From positions 664-64,663 of the forward strand of contig CAMWLQ010000006.1 in the NCBI GenBank assembly GCA_947175195.1: DNA of 64,000 nt, given 5' to 3'. The notes beneath the pieces were generated by a model that was given only the letters and a program-made list of their open reading frames with translations, ran no database searches and was not told the origin of the DNA. Position 1 is the stretch's first letter. Each line of letters opens with the position of its first letter. The translations under genes and the position numbers were made by a program. Shown in pieces: positions 55,177 through 64,000 of the stretch. Source of the DNA: an uncultured Clostridia bacterium. Its GTDB lineage: Bacteria; Bacillota; Clostridia; Christensenellales; Pumilibacteraceae.

Positions 55177-56163
55177 ATGAAAAGCGGTAACGAGCCGAAA
55201 AACAACAAGCCGAATACGGAAGAATATTCGGACGAGGTCGCGGCAGTTGAGCAAAGCTCGCAGCACATACTTCCGATAGCGCCGTATTTGGAAAAATATT
55301 TGCGCCGCCGTCTTGACGGAAAAGACGGGGACGGGCAAAACGCGCACGAAGGACACAGGAAAAGACTGCGCAATTCCGCCAAAAACGACGTCGACCTTGC
55401 AGGACTCAGCGACGTCGAGTTGGTCGAATTGCTGCTGTCCTTTTTTATTCCGCAAAAGGACACCAACGTTATTGCGCACCGGTTGATAGACAGGTACGGC
55501 TCGGTGGCGGGCGTGCTGTGCGCGCCGCAGTCGGAGCTTGTGAATATAACACATATCACCGCGCAAGCCGCGTCCATGCTGCCCGCGCTGTTCGGGCTTT
55601 GTCTTGCGGGCGGGCAAAAATCGGTAAGGCTGAAAAACCGCGCCGAGGCGGCGGACTTTTTCGGCATAGCGTATTTGGGCAAGCTGACGGTTGGCACGTA
55701 TGCCGCGTTTTTGGACGACGAGTTTACCGTGCGCGCAATAGAATGTTATTCGGCGGACGGCGTGCCCATGCGCGATATACTCAGTTCGGCGTGCAAGCAT
55801 GCTTGCAAGTACGTGTTTATAGCGCGGCGCGAGCCGAACATGTTTCCGCAAACCTATAATATAGCGGCGGAGGTTGCCGAGCTTGCGGGCATGCTTAAAG
55901 ACGTAAACGTAACAATGCTCGACTATCTTATTTTCGGCGATTACGGCTACTACACCGTGGGTATGCCGCCGCGTGATAAGGACTGGTACCCGATGTACAT
56001 TTTTGTGCCGTCCGTCAAATATATGCGTTCGCCCGACATGGTCGGCAGCATTGCCGCGCCCGACGATTACGTATTGTACGCGGGCAGGGAAACCGCCGAG
56101 CCGCTGCCCGATTTTGCCAAGCAGCTTTGCGACGTATTGAATGACGGCGACGACGCGGCTTAG
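55177..56163 (+). CDS. RadC-like protein with degenerate JAMM motif
   Basis: HEGHRKRLRN...LSDVELVELLLSF...DTNVIAHRLIDRYGSVAGVL. The position of HNHPSG reads ARREPN. Confidence 0.6.
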   Translation: MKSGNEPKNNKPNTEEYSDEVAAVEQSSQHILPIAPYLEKYLRRRLDGKDGDGQNAHEGHRKRLRNSAKNDVDLAGLSDVELVELLLSFFIPQKDTNVIAHRLIDRYGSVAGVLCAPQSELVNITHITAQAASMLPALFGLCLAGGQKSVRLKNRAEAADFFGIAYLGKLTVGTYAAFLDDEFTVRAIECYSADGVPMRDILSSACKHACKYVFIARREPNMFPQTYNIAAEVAELAGMLKDVNVTMLDYLIFGDYGYYTVGMPPRDKDWYPMYIFVPSVKYMRSPDMVGSIAAPDDYVLYAGRETAEPLPDFAKQLCDVLNDGDDAA

Positions 56164-56252
56164 TCAATTTAATTGACAAAATGCGGTTGCGCGTGTATAC
56201 TTAAATCGTTACGTACATACTAAAAGCAAAACGTAAAACAAGGAGATTTATC

Positions 56253-56462
56253 ATGGCTAACAAAGTTACACCCGATATGACAATTTACGACGTACTGTGC
56301 TTGGCGCCCGAAAACGAAAAGGTAGCACAGGTGTTTTTCGACATGGGTATGCATTGCTTGGGCTGCCCCATTTCGCGCGGAGAAACGGTTGCGGAGGCAG
56401 CCGCCGCTCACGGCAATGACGTGGACGAATTGGTAAGCAAGCTTAATGCGGTAATAGACTAA
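56253..56462 (+). CDS. DUF1858 (hybrid-cluster-protein-associated redox disulfide) domain protein
   Basis: FFDMGMHCLGCPISRGETVAEAAAAHG. Confidence 0.65.
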   Translation: MANKVTPDMTIYDVLCLAPENEKVAQVFFDMGMHCLGCPISRGETVAEAAAAHGNDVDELVSKLNAVID

Positions 56463-56465
56463 TCT

Positions 56466-57044
56466 ATGAAACTTATTGTCGGCTTGGGTAATCCCGGCAG
56501 CGATTACAGCAACACGTACCACAATATCGGATTTATTGCGGCGGACAAGGTGGCTGCCTTGTTCCGTGCGCCCGATTTTGTGTTGGACAAAAAAAGCAAT
56601 GCGTATATATCAGATAGCAATATATACGGGCAAAAAGTGCTGTTGGTCAAGCCGAATACATACATGAATCTTTCGGGCGACGCCGTTGGCTTTATCGCGC
56701 GGTATTACAAGATAGCGCCGCAAGATATTCTTGTCATATACGACGATATAGATATGCCTAGGGGCACGGTGCGCGCAAGGCAAAGCGGCAGTTCGGGCAC
56801 GCACAATGGCATGCGCGATATTGTTGCCAAGCTTAGCTCGGAGGGTTTTGCGCGGGTGCGCATCGGCATAGGACCAAAGCCCAATTACATGGCGCTTGCC
56901 GATTACGTATTGTCCAAAATGCCTGCGCCGTGGTCAAATAGCGTTATGGACAAGGCGTGCGGCTTGGCGGCGGAGTTTGTAGAGGATTGGATTTCGGGCA
57001 AGCCGTGGCAGGACTTGACAAAAACGGTTAAAATCGATACATAA
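56466..57044 (+). CDS. pth: peptidyl-tRNA hydrolase
   Basis: MKLIVGLGNPGSDYSNTYHNIGF. Confidence 0.9.
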   Translation: MKLIVGLGNPGSDYSNTYHNIGFIAADKVAALFRAPDFVLDKKSNAYISDSNIYGQKVLLVKPNTYMNLSGDAVGFIARYYKIAPQDILVIYDDIDMPRGTVRARQSGSSGTHNGMRDIVAKLSSEGFARVRIGIGPKPNYMALADYVLSKMPAPWSNSVMDKACGLAAEFVEDWISGKPWQDLTKTVKIDT

Positions 57045-57071
57045 GCGAACGAGAATAGACGGTACAACGGT

Positions 57072-60000
57072 TTGAGCGATATGCGAAGTATAGGTCGTGT
57101 AATCAACGACATGAACGGCGTTACCTCCGATATTATTTCGGCGGTAAACGACGGCAAACGCGCGTCGGTGTTCGGCTTGACAAAGTCGGACGTCCGACTT
57201 TTTTGCTGTGCGTTCAATAAGTTTATGTACGTTTGCGCCGACGTTTTGTCGGCACGCGCCGCGTATACCGAGCTGTCTATGCACTTTCCGTCGGTCGAGC
57301 TGCTTTTGCCCAAAAACAACGTTATACTCGTTTCGGGCAACGAGCGGTCGGGCGATAGGGCGCGCGCGCTGTATAATATGGCAAGCGGCAAGTGCGACGT
57401 GGTGGTGACTACCGCCGAGGCGTTTATGCAATTAGTGCCGCCACCCGAAATGGTGCTGGACGCGACTGTCGATTTCGAGGTGGGTAAGTCCATTCCCACC
57501 GACCGATTGCTGAATAAGCTTATCGCGGCGGGGTACGCGCGCGTAGGACACGTGGACGAGCCGTCGCAGTTTGCAGTGCGCGGCGATATTGTGGACGTGT
57601 GCGCGCCCAACGGCGAGGCGGCGCGTATAGAATTTTTCGGGTACGAGTGCGACGGCATACGCAGGCTGGACATAGGCTCGCAAAGCGCGGGGGAAAGCTT
57701 GTCGTCATTTACCGCATACCCCGCGACCGAAACGGTGTTCGGGGACAAGACCGTCGCGACCGAGCAGCTGCTCAAGGCGGGCGAAAAGCGCAAGACGGCG
57801 GGCGTGCCGATAGAGCACCGCATGGCGGAGCGGCTTGCCTCGGGCGATACCGACGGCGAGCAAACGCTTATTTCCCTATTTCCGCACACCACCGTGGACA
57901 AGTTTTTCGGCGGGCTCGTTATAGCCGAGGACGCCAAGTCGGTTTACGACAACTGCATATTTGCCTACCGCGAGCATGCCTCGCGCGCAAAGCGGCTTAT
58001 CGAGGCGGGTGAGGCGCCCTTTTGCGCCGCGGACAATCTTGTGTCCGTGCCGCCCACGCATAACTTTAGACTATGCTTTCACTCGGTTGACAGCAACAAC
58101 CGTTTCTTTTCGCCCGACCGCGTGTATAAGCTGAAAAGCATAGACCTTCCGCTGTACGGCAAAAATTTCAATCAGTTAAAAGACGATATTGCGGTGTGGA
58201 AAAGCCGCGGAATAAACGTGATTATCGGCGCGGACGTGCGCGACGGGCTGGAAAGCGTGGAGTGCTACGACGTCGAGTATATAGAGCCTGTTTCGGACGG
58301 CGGCGTGTTCTTTGACGGCAACACCGTCATTATCGGCATGCGCAACGTCGGCAAAAAGCGCGACCCGTTCACTTCGGTCAAGCGCGTCGGGCTGGCGGAG
58401 CTGCCTAAGCCGGGCGATTACGTCGTACACGAAACGCACGGCATAGGTATTTGCGAGGCTGTGGGCGCAGTCGATTACGGCGATTACGAGCGCGATTATA
58501 TAACCGTCAGGTACGCGGGCGGCGATACGCTGTACGTGCCCGTGGAAAACATGAGCCGCCTCAGCAAGTACGACTTTAACGACAATCCGCCCAAGCTCAG
58601 CAAGATAGGCGGCGCGGAATTCGAGCGCGTCAAAGCAAAGGTCAAGTCGCGGCTCAAAGCAATGGCGTTCGACCTTTTGGCGCTGTACGCGCGGCGCGAA
58701 ACGGTAAAGGGCAAGGTGTACGACGACGGCGGGGAGCTGGAGGACGAGTTTGCCGCCGACTTTCCGTATTCGGAAACGCCCGATCAGCTTTCGGCAATCG
58801 ACGCGTGTTTCGAGGACTTGACAAGCGGCAAGATTATGGACAGGCTCGTTTGCGGCGACGTTGGTTTCGGCAAGACCGAGGTGGCGCTGCGCGTCGCGTT
58901 CAAGGTGATAGCGCAGGGCGGGCAGGTGGCGTTTATGTCGCCGACGACCGTGCTTTGCCACCAGCACTACAACACCACCAAGGCGCGAATGGAAAAGTTC
59001 GGTATTAAAGTTGCCGCGTTGTCCCGCGCGGAGGGCGACGTTGCAAAAACGCTAAAGGGGCTTGCCGACGGCTCGGTGGATATTGTGTGCGGCACGCACA
59101 AGCTGCTGGGCAGCTCGGTCAAGTTCAAAAACCTCGAATTGCTCATACTGGACGAGGAACAAAAGTTCGGCGTGTCCGACAAGGAAAAGATTAAAAATCT
59201 CAAGACCGATATAAACGTGCTTACGCTTTCGGCTACGCCCATCCCGCGCACGTTGCACATGGCGATGTCGGGCATACGCGACGTGAGCATGCTGGAAACG
59301 CCGCCCACGGGTAGACTGCCCGCGCAGGTGTACGTTACCGAGTATTCGGACGCGCTCATAGTGGACGCTGTCACTCGCGAGGTGGCGCGCGGCGGTCAGG
59401 CGTTTATAGTGTACAACTACGTAAACGGCGGACCGCGTGCGGGCGGCATTGCCGAATACACCGCGCGCTTGCAATCGCTCATGCCCGAATTGCGCTTTAC
59501 CTATGCGCACGGGCAAATGGACAAAAAACTGATGAACGCCGCAATGGAATCGTTTGCTGAAAACAAGGCGGACGTGCTTGTCGCCACCACCATTATAGAA
59601 AACGGAATAGATATTCCCAACGCCAACACCATGATTGTCTACGGCGCGGAAAACATGGGGCTTAGCCAAATGTACCAGCTCAAGGGCAGGGTAGGTAGGT
59701 CTGACAGGGTGGCGCAGGTGTACTTTACCTACGGCAGCGAAAGCAATCTTGCGGGCGCGGCGCTCGAGCGGCTTACCGCAGTGTCGCGGTATACCGACCT
59801 CGGCAGCGGCGTAAAGATAGCCGAGCAGGATATGCGCATACGCGGCGTGGGCAACGTGTTCGGCGCCGAGCAGCACGGGCATATGGTAAGCGTCGGCTAC
59901 AATATGTACTGCAAGCTGCTCAACGAGGCGGTGGCGGAAATAAAGGGTCAGGCGGTCGCCAAGCACAAAGACCCCGTAATGAAGGTGGACTTTACCGCGG

Positions 60001-60362
60001 TCATTCCCAAGGACTACTGCGACAGCGCCATGCGCGTCGAGCTGTACAAGCGCATTTCTCAGTTAAAATCGGAGGCGGAGCGCGACGAGCTGCTAAACGG
60101 ACTGAAGGACGCATACGAAACGGTGCCCGTGGAAATACGCAACCTCGCCAATGTGGGTTTAATAAAAAACCTCGCGTCCGCAATGAATGCGTCGACGGTT
60201 ACGCTGCTTAGGTCGGGCGCGAAAATCGAGTTCACCGACGTGCAGGACGTCAAGGACGGGTTTGAAAAATTCGGCGGCACGTTTACCGCCGTCAAAGCCC
60301 CGCTCATCATATTCGACAGCGTGAAAAACCTTCTCAAATACGTCACGCAAGCAAGCGCGTAA
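57072..60362 (+). CDS. mfd: transcription-repair coupling factor
   Basis: GDYVVHETHGIG, CGDVGFGKTEVALR, LLILDEEQKFG, QLKGRVGRS. Conserved pth-mfd synteny. Start uncertain (57072 non-ATG or ATG at 57081). Confidence 0.9.
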   Translation: MSDMRSIGRVINDMNGVTSDIISAVNDGKRASVFGLTKSDVRLFCCAFNKFMYVCADVLSARAAYTELSMHFPSVELLLPKNNVILVSGNERSGDRARALYNMASGKCDVVVTTAEAFMQLVPPPEMVLDATVDFEVGKSIPTDRLLNKLIAAGYARVGHVDEPSQFAVRGDIVDVCAPNGEAARIEFFGYECDGIRRLDIGSQSAGESLSSFTAYPATETVFGDKTVATEQLLKAGEKRKTAGVPIEHRMAERLASGDTDGEQTLISLFPHTTVDKFFGGLVIAEDAKSVYDNCIFAYREHASRAKRLIEAGEAPFCAADNLVSVPPTHNFRLCFHSVDSNNRFFSPDRVYKLKSIDLPLYGKNFNQLKDDIAVWKSRGINVIIGADVRDGLESVECYDVEYIEPVSDGGVFFDGNTVIIGMRNVGKKRDPFTSVKRVGLAELPKPGDYVVHETHGIGICEAVGAVDYGDYERDYITVRYAGGDTLYVPVENMSRLSKYDFNDNPPKLSKIGGAEFERVKAKVKSRLKAMAFDLLALYARRETVKGKVYDDGGELEDEFAADFPYSETPDQLSAIDACFEDLTSGKIMDRLVCGDVGFGKTEVALRVAFKVIAQGGQVAFMSPTTVLCHQHYNTTKARMEKFGIKVAALSRAEGDVAKTLKGLADGSVDIVCGTHKLLGSSVKFKNLELLILDEEQKFGVSDKEKIKNLKTDINVLTLSATPIPRTLHMAMSGIRDVSMLETPPTGRLPAQVYVTEYSDALIVDAVTREVARGGQAFIVYNYVNGGPRAGGIAEYTARLQSLMPELRFTYAHGQMDKKLMNAAMESFAENKADVLVATTIIENGIDIPNANTMIVYGAENMGLSQMYQLKGRVGRSDRVAQVYFTYGSESNLAGAALERLTAVSRYTDLGSGVKIAEQDMRIRGVGNVFGAEQHGHMVSVGYNMYCKLLNEAVAEIKGQAVAKHKDPVMKVDFTAVIPKDYCDSAMRVELYKRISQLKSEAERDELLNGLKDAYETVPVEIRNLANVGLIKNLASAMNASTVTLLRSGAKIEFTDVQDVKDGFEKFGGTFTAVKAPLIIFDSVKNLLKYVTQASA

Positions 60363-60445
60363 TATTGATTGTTGCATAATGTAAACCGATTGTGTCTTGA
60401 TTTTTCCGATGCGCCGGTATAGAATAGAGCGGGAGGTGACAAGCG

Positions 60446-61387
60446 GTGGAATACAACGAACGTATCAAACAACTCAGAATTCAAAAAAATATTACCCAAC
60501 AACAGCTGGCGGACGAGATAGGCGTATCAAGACAATCGGTCGTGCGCTGGGAAAACGGTCTTTCCGTACCATCCATGTATTACGCGCAACGACTCGCCGA
60601 ATACTTTGGCATTACGGTGACCGGACTTATGACAGGGTTTGACGATCTGCCCAAGGTGGCAAAGCCGGACAGTGATATGCGTGTTAAGCGCGGCACGTCG
60701 ACAATACGGTTTTGTCTTACAGCGTTTCTAATTGTAGTGGTATATGCTCTTATTATCAACGTAATTCAGGTGGTAAGCTACTCCAACGTACAGGCGGGCA
60801 ACGATTCCGTAACGGTTCGCTCCGTCTTTGCAATGATAAACGCCATTATTGACGGCCTTGCGGTTGTGGCTATGGCGGTCGCGCTCGCCATGTGGATTTC
60901 GCGCTTGGTAGTATGGCTGAGCGCCTCCGACGATAGATTTACATGGTACGGAATTTATAAAAAGTGGATGGTCGGGCTTGCCGCTTGGCTTGTGAACATG
61001 CTCACTGTCGTACTGCTAATATGCATGTATATCATGCCGATTGTTTTTTTATATGCCATGGCGGCGGTGATAGCTATTCCCATATACTGCATAATCGATT
61101 TTGCGCTGAAAAAGGCTTTGAGTGACAGAATGATTGTAGCCGGAAATAAAACGTTGAAAATTATAAATTCGATTTTTTGCGCGATAATAAGCTGCGGTGT
61201 CGTTGCGCTGATCGCTTGGATAGTTTACGCCGTAGCAACGTTCCGTCCCACATACGGCTTGGAAGTTGCGTTCGCCGTTTTGTACTTTTGTATTGCGGCA
61301 GTCGTTGTGATAATTTCCTATATTATAACTCGATTAATACTGCATCGCGTAACCACACGCCACATGAACTATGACGCGCAAAAATAA
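60446..61387 (+). CDS. XRE-family HTH protein with multi-TM C-terminal domain
   Basis: IKQLRIQKNITQQQLADEIGVSRQSVVRWENGLSVPSMYYAQRLAEYFG. GTG start after SD GGGAGGTG. Confidence 0.7.
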   Translation: MEYNERIKQLRIQKNITQQQLADEIGVSRQSVVRWENGLSVPSMYYAQRLAEYFGITVTGLMTGFDDLPKVAKPDSDMRVKRGTSTIRFCLTAFLIVVVYALIINVIQVVSYSNVQAGNDSVTVRSVFAMINAIIDGLAVVAMAVALAMWISRLVVWLSASDDRFTWYGIYKKWMVGLAAWLVNMLTVVLLICMYIMPIVFLYAMAAVIAIPIYCIIDFALKKALSDRMIVAGNKTLKIINSIFCAIISCGVVALIAWIVYAVATFRPTYGLEVAFAVLYFCIAAVVVIISYIITRLILHRVTTRHMNYDAQK

Positions 61388-61409
61388 TAAAATCAAAAAC
61401 GGAGCTATA

Positions 61410-62090
61410 ATGTACGAAACATACGAACAGTGCAAAGCCGAGCTATTAAAAAACGTCGACGAAAAGTACGATAAGTTTAACAATCCTATTGTGAATTGCG
61501 AGGGCTACCCAACGCTCGGCATACGCACGCCCGTAATAAAAAAGCTGGCAAAGTCAGTGCCGATTGCGGCGCGGGATAATGTGCTTAACGGATTTTTTGC
61601 CGACAAAGATTTGTCGTACGATACGGTGCTGTTCGCCGGCGTGCTTGCCGCACGCAAGGGCGAATATTACAATCAGTCGCGCGAAAGCCTTATGTGGCTT
61701 GTTCCGCTGTTCCGCTCGTGGGCGCACGTGGACTGCGTTACGCCATGCCTTAGATGGGCGGACAAGGACACGCTGTGGAATGATTTCCGCTACCTGTTGG
61801 ACTGCGAGGGGCAGTACGAAAAACGTTTCTATATAATGATTATGTTTTCCTGCTGTCTTGGCGCCGAGTACATAGACAAGATATTGGAAACACTGCGGTA
61901 CAACGTCACTTACGGTCAGTACTACGTGGATATGGCGGCGGCTTGGTTGCTTGCCGAATGTCTTGTCAAGTACTACGACAAAACGCTGCCGCTGTTCACC
62001 GCGCAAACGTTCCCCAAGTTCGTGCATAACAAGGCTATCCAAAAAGCGCGGGAAAGCTATAGGATAGACCCCGACACAAAAGTGTATTAA
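61410..62090 (+). CDS. DNA alkylation repair (AlkD-like HEAT repeat) protein
   Basis: Size and N-terminal pattern ...LGIRTPVIKKLAKSVP.... SD ACGGAG. Confidence 0.6.
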   Translation: MYETYEQCKAELLKNVDEKYDKFNNPIVNCEGYPTLGIRTPVIKKLAKSVPIAARDNVLNGFFADKDLSYDTVLFAGVLAARKGEYYNQSRESLMWLVPLFRSWAHVDCVTPCLRWADKDTLWNDFRYLLDCEGQYEKRFYIMIMFSCCLGAEYIDKILETLRYNVTYGQYYVDMAAAWLLAECLVKYYDKTLPLFTAQTFPKFVHNKAIQKARESYRIDPDTKVY

Positions 62091-62123
62091 AACACGCTCA
62101 AAGTAAAATAAAAAGTCACGAAA

Positions 62124-62148
62124 AAAAGCAGCCGAGGCTGCTTTTTTG
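62124..62148. terminator. bidirectional intrinsic terminator
   Basis: AAAGCAGCC GAG GCTGCTTT flanked by A- and T-runs. Confidence 0.75.
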
Positions 62149-62158
62149 TGTTTTACCT

Positions 62159-62545
62159 TTAACTGAAACCGTATCTTATCCCGACGGCAATGGCTATAAC
62201 AACAGCCAAAAGAATGATAATGACGCTTATCATTAAACCGGCTGCCGCAAGACCGTTGTTTTTCTTTTGACCCATGCCGATAATGGAAAAAATCAAGCCG
62301 AGTATAGGAATGAGGAACGCAAACACAAATCCGAGCAAACCGTAAATCCCTTCGTCCGCCGTTGTGGTTTGCGGTTGAGCCTGCGGTGTATGGTTATTTG
62401 TCGCCGGGGTTACGGCGGGCTCGGGGCGATTGTAATTGTTATCCTCAATCGAATCTTTTTGTTTGGCGAGGTGGGTGGGTGCACCGCACTTGTAGCAAAA
62501 CATGCTGTCGTCGGATATTTGTGTGCCGCATTTAGTGCAAAACAT
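62159..62545 (-). CDS. zinc-ribbon + TM protein
   Basis: MFCTKCGTQISDDSMFCYKCGAP. C-terminal TM pair. Confidence 0.65.
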   Translation of the reverse strand: MFCTKCGTQISDDSMFCYKCGAPTHLAKQKDSIEDNNYNRPEPAVTPATNNHTPQAQPQTTTADEGIYGLLGFVFAFLIPILGLIFSIIGMGQKKNNGLAAAGLMISVIIILLAVVIAIAVGIRYGFS

Positions 62546-62572
62546 ATTTTTTCTCCTGTTGCATTACGTTGT

Positions 62573-63004
62573 TTAATAGTAGTAATAGGAACTGGTTCCC
62601 GCTGTTACCCCGACAATGATTGCGATTACCGCGATAATTATGACCACAAGGCTTAGTACAAAGCCCGCTGTCGCCAAGCCGTTGTTTTTCTTTTTGCTCA
62701 TGCCGATAATGGAAAAAATCAAGCCGAGTATAGGGATGAGGAACGCAAACACAAATCCGAGCAAACCGTAAATCCCTTCGTCCGCCGCGGAGGTTTGCTG
62801 TTGCGGTTGGTGCTGCGCCTGCGGTTGAGGCCGCGGTTGCGGCGTAGGCGCGGGGTTGTAGCTGGCGGTAGGCGGAAAATCAAACGGGTCGTAATCGTTT
62901 GCGGCTATTTGATCTTTTTGCTCGGCAATGTGCGTGGGTGTGCCGCACTTATAGCAAAACTTGCTGTCATCGGATATGTGTGTGCCGCAATTTTTGCAAA
63001 ACAT
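62573..63004 (-). CDS. zinc-ribbon + TM protein (tandem paralogue)
   Basis: MFCKNCGTHISDDSKFCYKCGTP. Start taken at the internal ATG of ORF 62573..63070. Confidence 0.65.
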   Translation of the reverse strand: MFCKNCGTHISDDSKFCYKCGTPTHIAEQKDQIAANDYDPFDFPPTASYNPAPTPQPRPQPQAQHQPQQQTSAADEGIYGLLGFVFAFLIPILGLIFSIIGMSKKKNNGLATAGFVLSLVVIIIAVIAIIVGVTAGTSSYYYY

Positions 63005-63159
63005 ATTAATGCTTACCGTCCTTTTGTGTTTTACATATATATTATATATACGGTATTCACCAAAAGTCAATATATTTAAGATTAGAATATGATTAAAAAG
63101 TGAATATTTTTGTGCCCTAAGTGTAACTATCGGGAATTGTGTGTTTTTTCTAAAATTGC

Positions 63160-63188
63160 TTGCATTAACGGCTTATATAATGTATAAT
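63160..63188 (+). promoter_or_regulatory. promoter TTGCAT-17-TATAAT, leaderless arrangement
   Basis: -10 ends 6 nt before the ATG at 63195. Confidence 0.55.
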
Positions 63189-63194
63189 TATGGT

Positions 63195-63863
63195 ATGAAA
63201 AACTTTGTATTCGATTTTTATAACACGCTTGTCGATATTCGCACCGACGAGCATAGCGAACAAAGCTGGCAGGGCGTTGTCGAGTTTCTTGCCGAGCGCG
63301 GAATAGAGTCCGACCCGAAAAGGCTCATCGAGCTTTACGACGAGTGCTGGGCGAGCCACTTGGACGAGCTTAAAAGCACGACCAAGTACGCTTATCCCGA
63401 GGGCGATATTACCGAGGTGTACAAGCGCATGGCGGCAGCTCTCGGCGGCACGCTCACCGACAAGGACGCCGTTTTGTGCGCCAAAATCGCGCGCAAGGAT
63501 TCCATTCGCAAGTTCGATCTTTTCGACGGAACGTTGCCGCTGCTCAAAACGCTCAGGCGCAATGCCAGGCTGTATATTTTGAGCAATGCGCAAAGCGCGT
63601 TTACAATGGACGAGATCGAGGCGGCGGGCATTGCCGATTTGTTCGACGGCATTATGCTCAGCTCGGACTACGGCTGCCGCAAGCCCGACAAGGAGTTTTT
63701 CGATTGCTTGTTCAAAAAGTACAAGCTTAAACGGCTGGACACCGTTATGGTGGGCGACGATATAGAAAGCGACGGCAAGGGCGCTACCGCTTACGGTTTG
63801 AGATACGTGTATGCCGGCGGCGGCGCGGCGGCGCATCGCATAGAGATTATCACACTGGCTTAA
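63195..63863 (+). CDS. HAD-superfamily hydrolase
   Basis: FVFDFYNTLVD (motif I variant) ... VMVGDDIESDGKGA (motif IV). Confidence 0.7.
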   Translation: MKNFVFDFYNTLVDIRTDEHSEQSWQGVVEFLAERGIESDPKRLIELYDECWASHLDELKSTTKYAYPEGDITEVYKRMAAALGGTLTDKDAVLCAKIARKDSIRKFDLFDGTLPLLKTLRRNARLYILSNAQSAFTMDEIEAAGIADLFDGIMLSSDYGCRKPDKEFFDCLFKKYKLKRLDTVMVGDDIESDGKGATAYGLRYVYAGGGAAAHRIEIITLA

Positions 63864-63869
63864 GACTAT

Positions 63870-64000
63870 ATGTCGATTGATACTATTATATTCGATTTGG
63901 ACGGAACGCTACTCGATACGTTGGACGATTTGACGGCGGCGGTTAATCATGCGTTTACGGCGTTTTCGCTCCCGACTATGACACGGGCGCAGCTGCGGCG
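63870..64000 (+). CDS. HAD-superfamily hydrolase (phosphoglycolate phosphatase-like), 3'-partial
   Basis: MSIDTIIFDLDGTLLDT. Runs off the window. Confidence 0.6.
   Translation, partial: MSIDTIIFDLDGTLLDTLDDLTAAVNHAFTAFSLPTMTRAQLR

Noticed and set aside
1-64000. Stop-codon reassignment as an explanation for the degenerate release factor
   Set aside because: TAA, TAG and TGA all terminate well-supported genes at expected lengths. Examples are TGA for the helicase, TAG for the coiled-coil and RadC-like genes, and TAA for the GLUG and DJ-1 genes.
1-64000. CRISPR arrays, tRNA, rRNA, IS elements
   Set aside because: None were seen on visual inspection of all intergenic regions longer than 50 nt. 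A tRNAscan, Infernal or ISfinder run would be needed to exclude small or degenerate copies.

Overview
This looks like a chromosomal segment from a spore-forming Bacillota (Clostridia-like) genome. Support comes from spo0A, pth-mfd, htpG, pssA-psd, thiN, a ClC channel, an LtaS-family enzyme and a DegV pair. I annotate about 58 protein-coding genes. By eye there are no rRNA or tRNA genes, CRISPR arrays, transposases or integrases. Base composition is bimodal: most of the window is G+C rich, with sharply A+T-rich blocks at 1-720 and about 7.33-12.14 kb. The most unusual locus is 18.9-28.2 kb. It holds a 1209-aa soluble protein fusing a ClpB-D2-like AAA+ module to an FtsH-like AAA+/M41 protease module. 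It also holds an XRE regulator with a four-Cys insertion. Downstream is a promoter-driven, helix-rich RNA leader of about 290 nt that I could not assign to any known class. That leader runs directly into an operon of a ClpP paralogue lacking the canonical N-terminal axial segment, a Sel1-repeat protein with an apparently P-loop-less AAA+-like half, and a TM-less VirD4/TraG-like ATPase with no other T4SS genes nearby. Other points of interest: a full-length class-I release-factor homologue with GGQ but no PxT/SPF codon-reading motif; an in-frame ~115-nt duplication shared by two adjacent genes; a sense-oriented AATTCGGAAT motif sitting right after four stop codons; at least four leaderless-type promoter/start-codon arrangements; and several local gene-conversion patches. 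All coordinates of non-ORF features were counted by hand and may be off by 1-2 nt.
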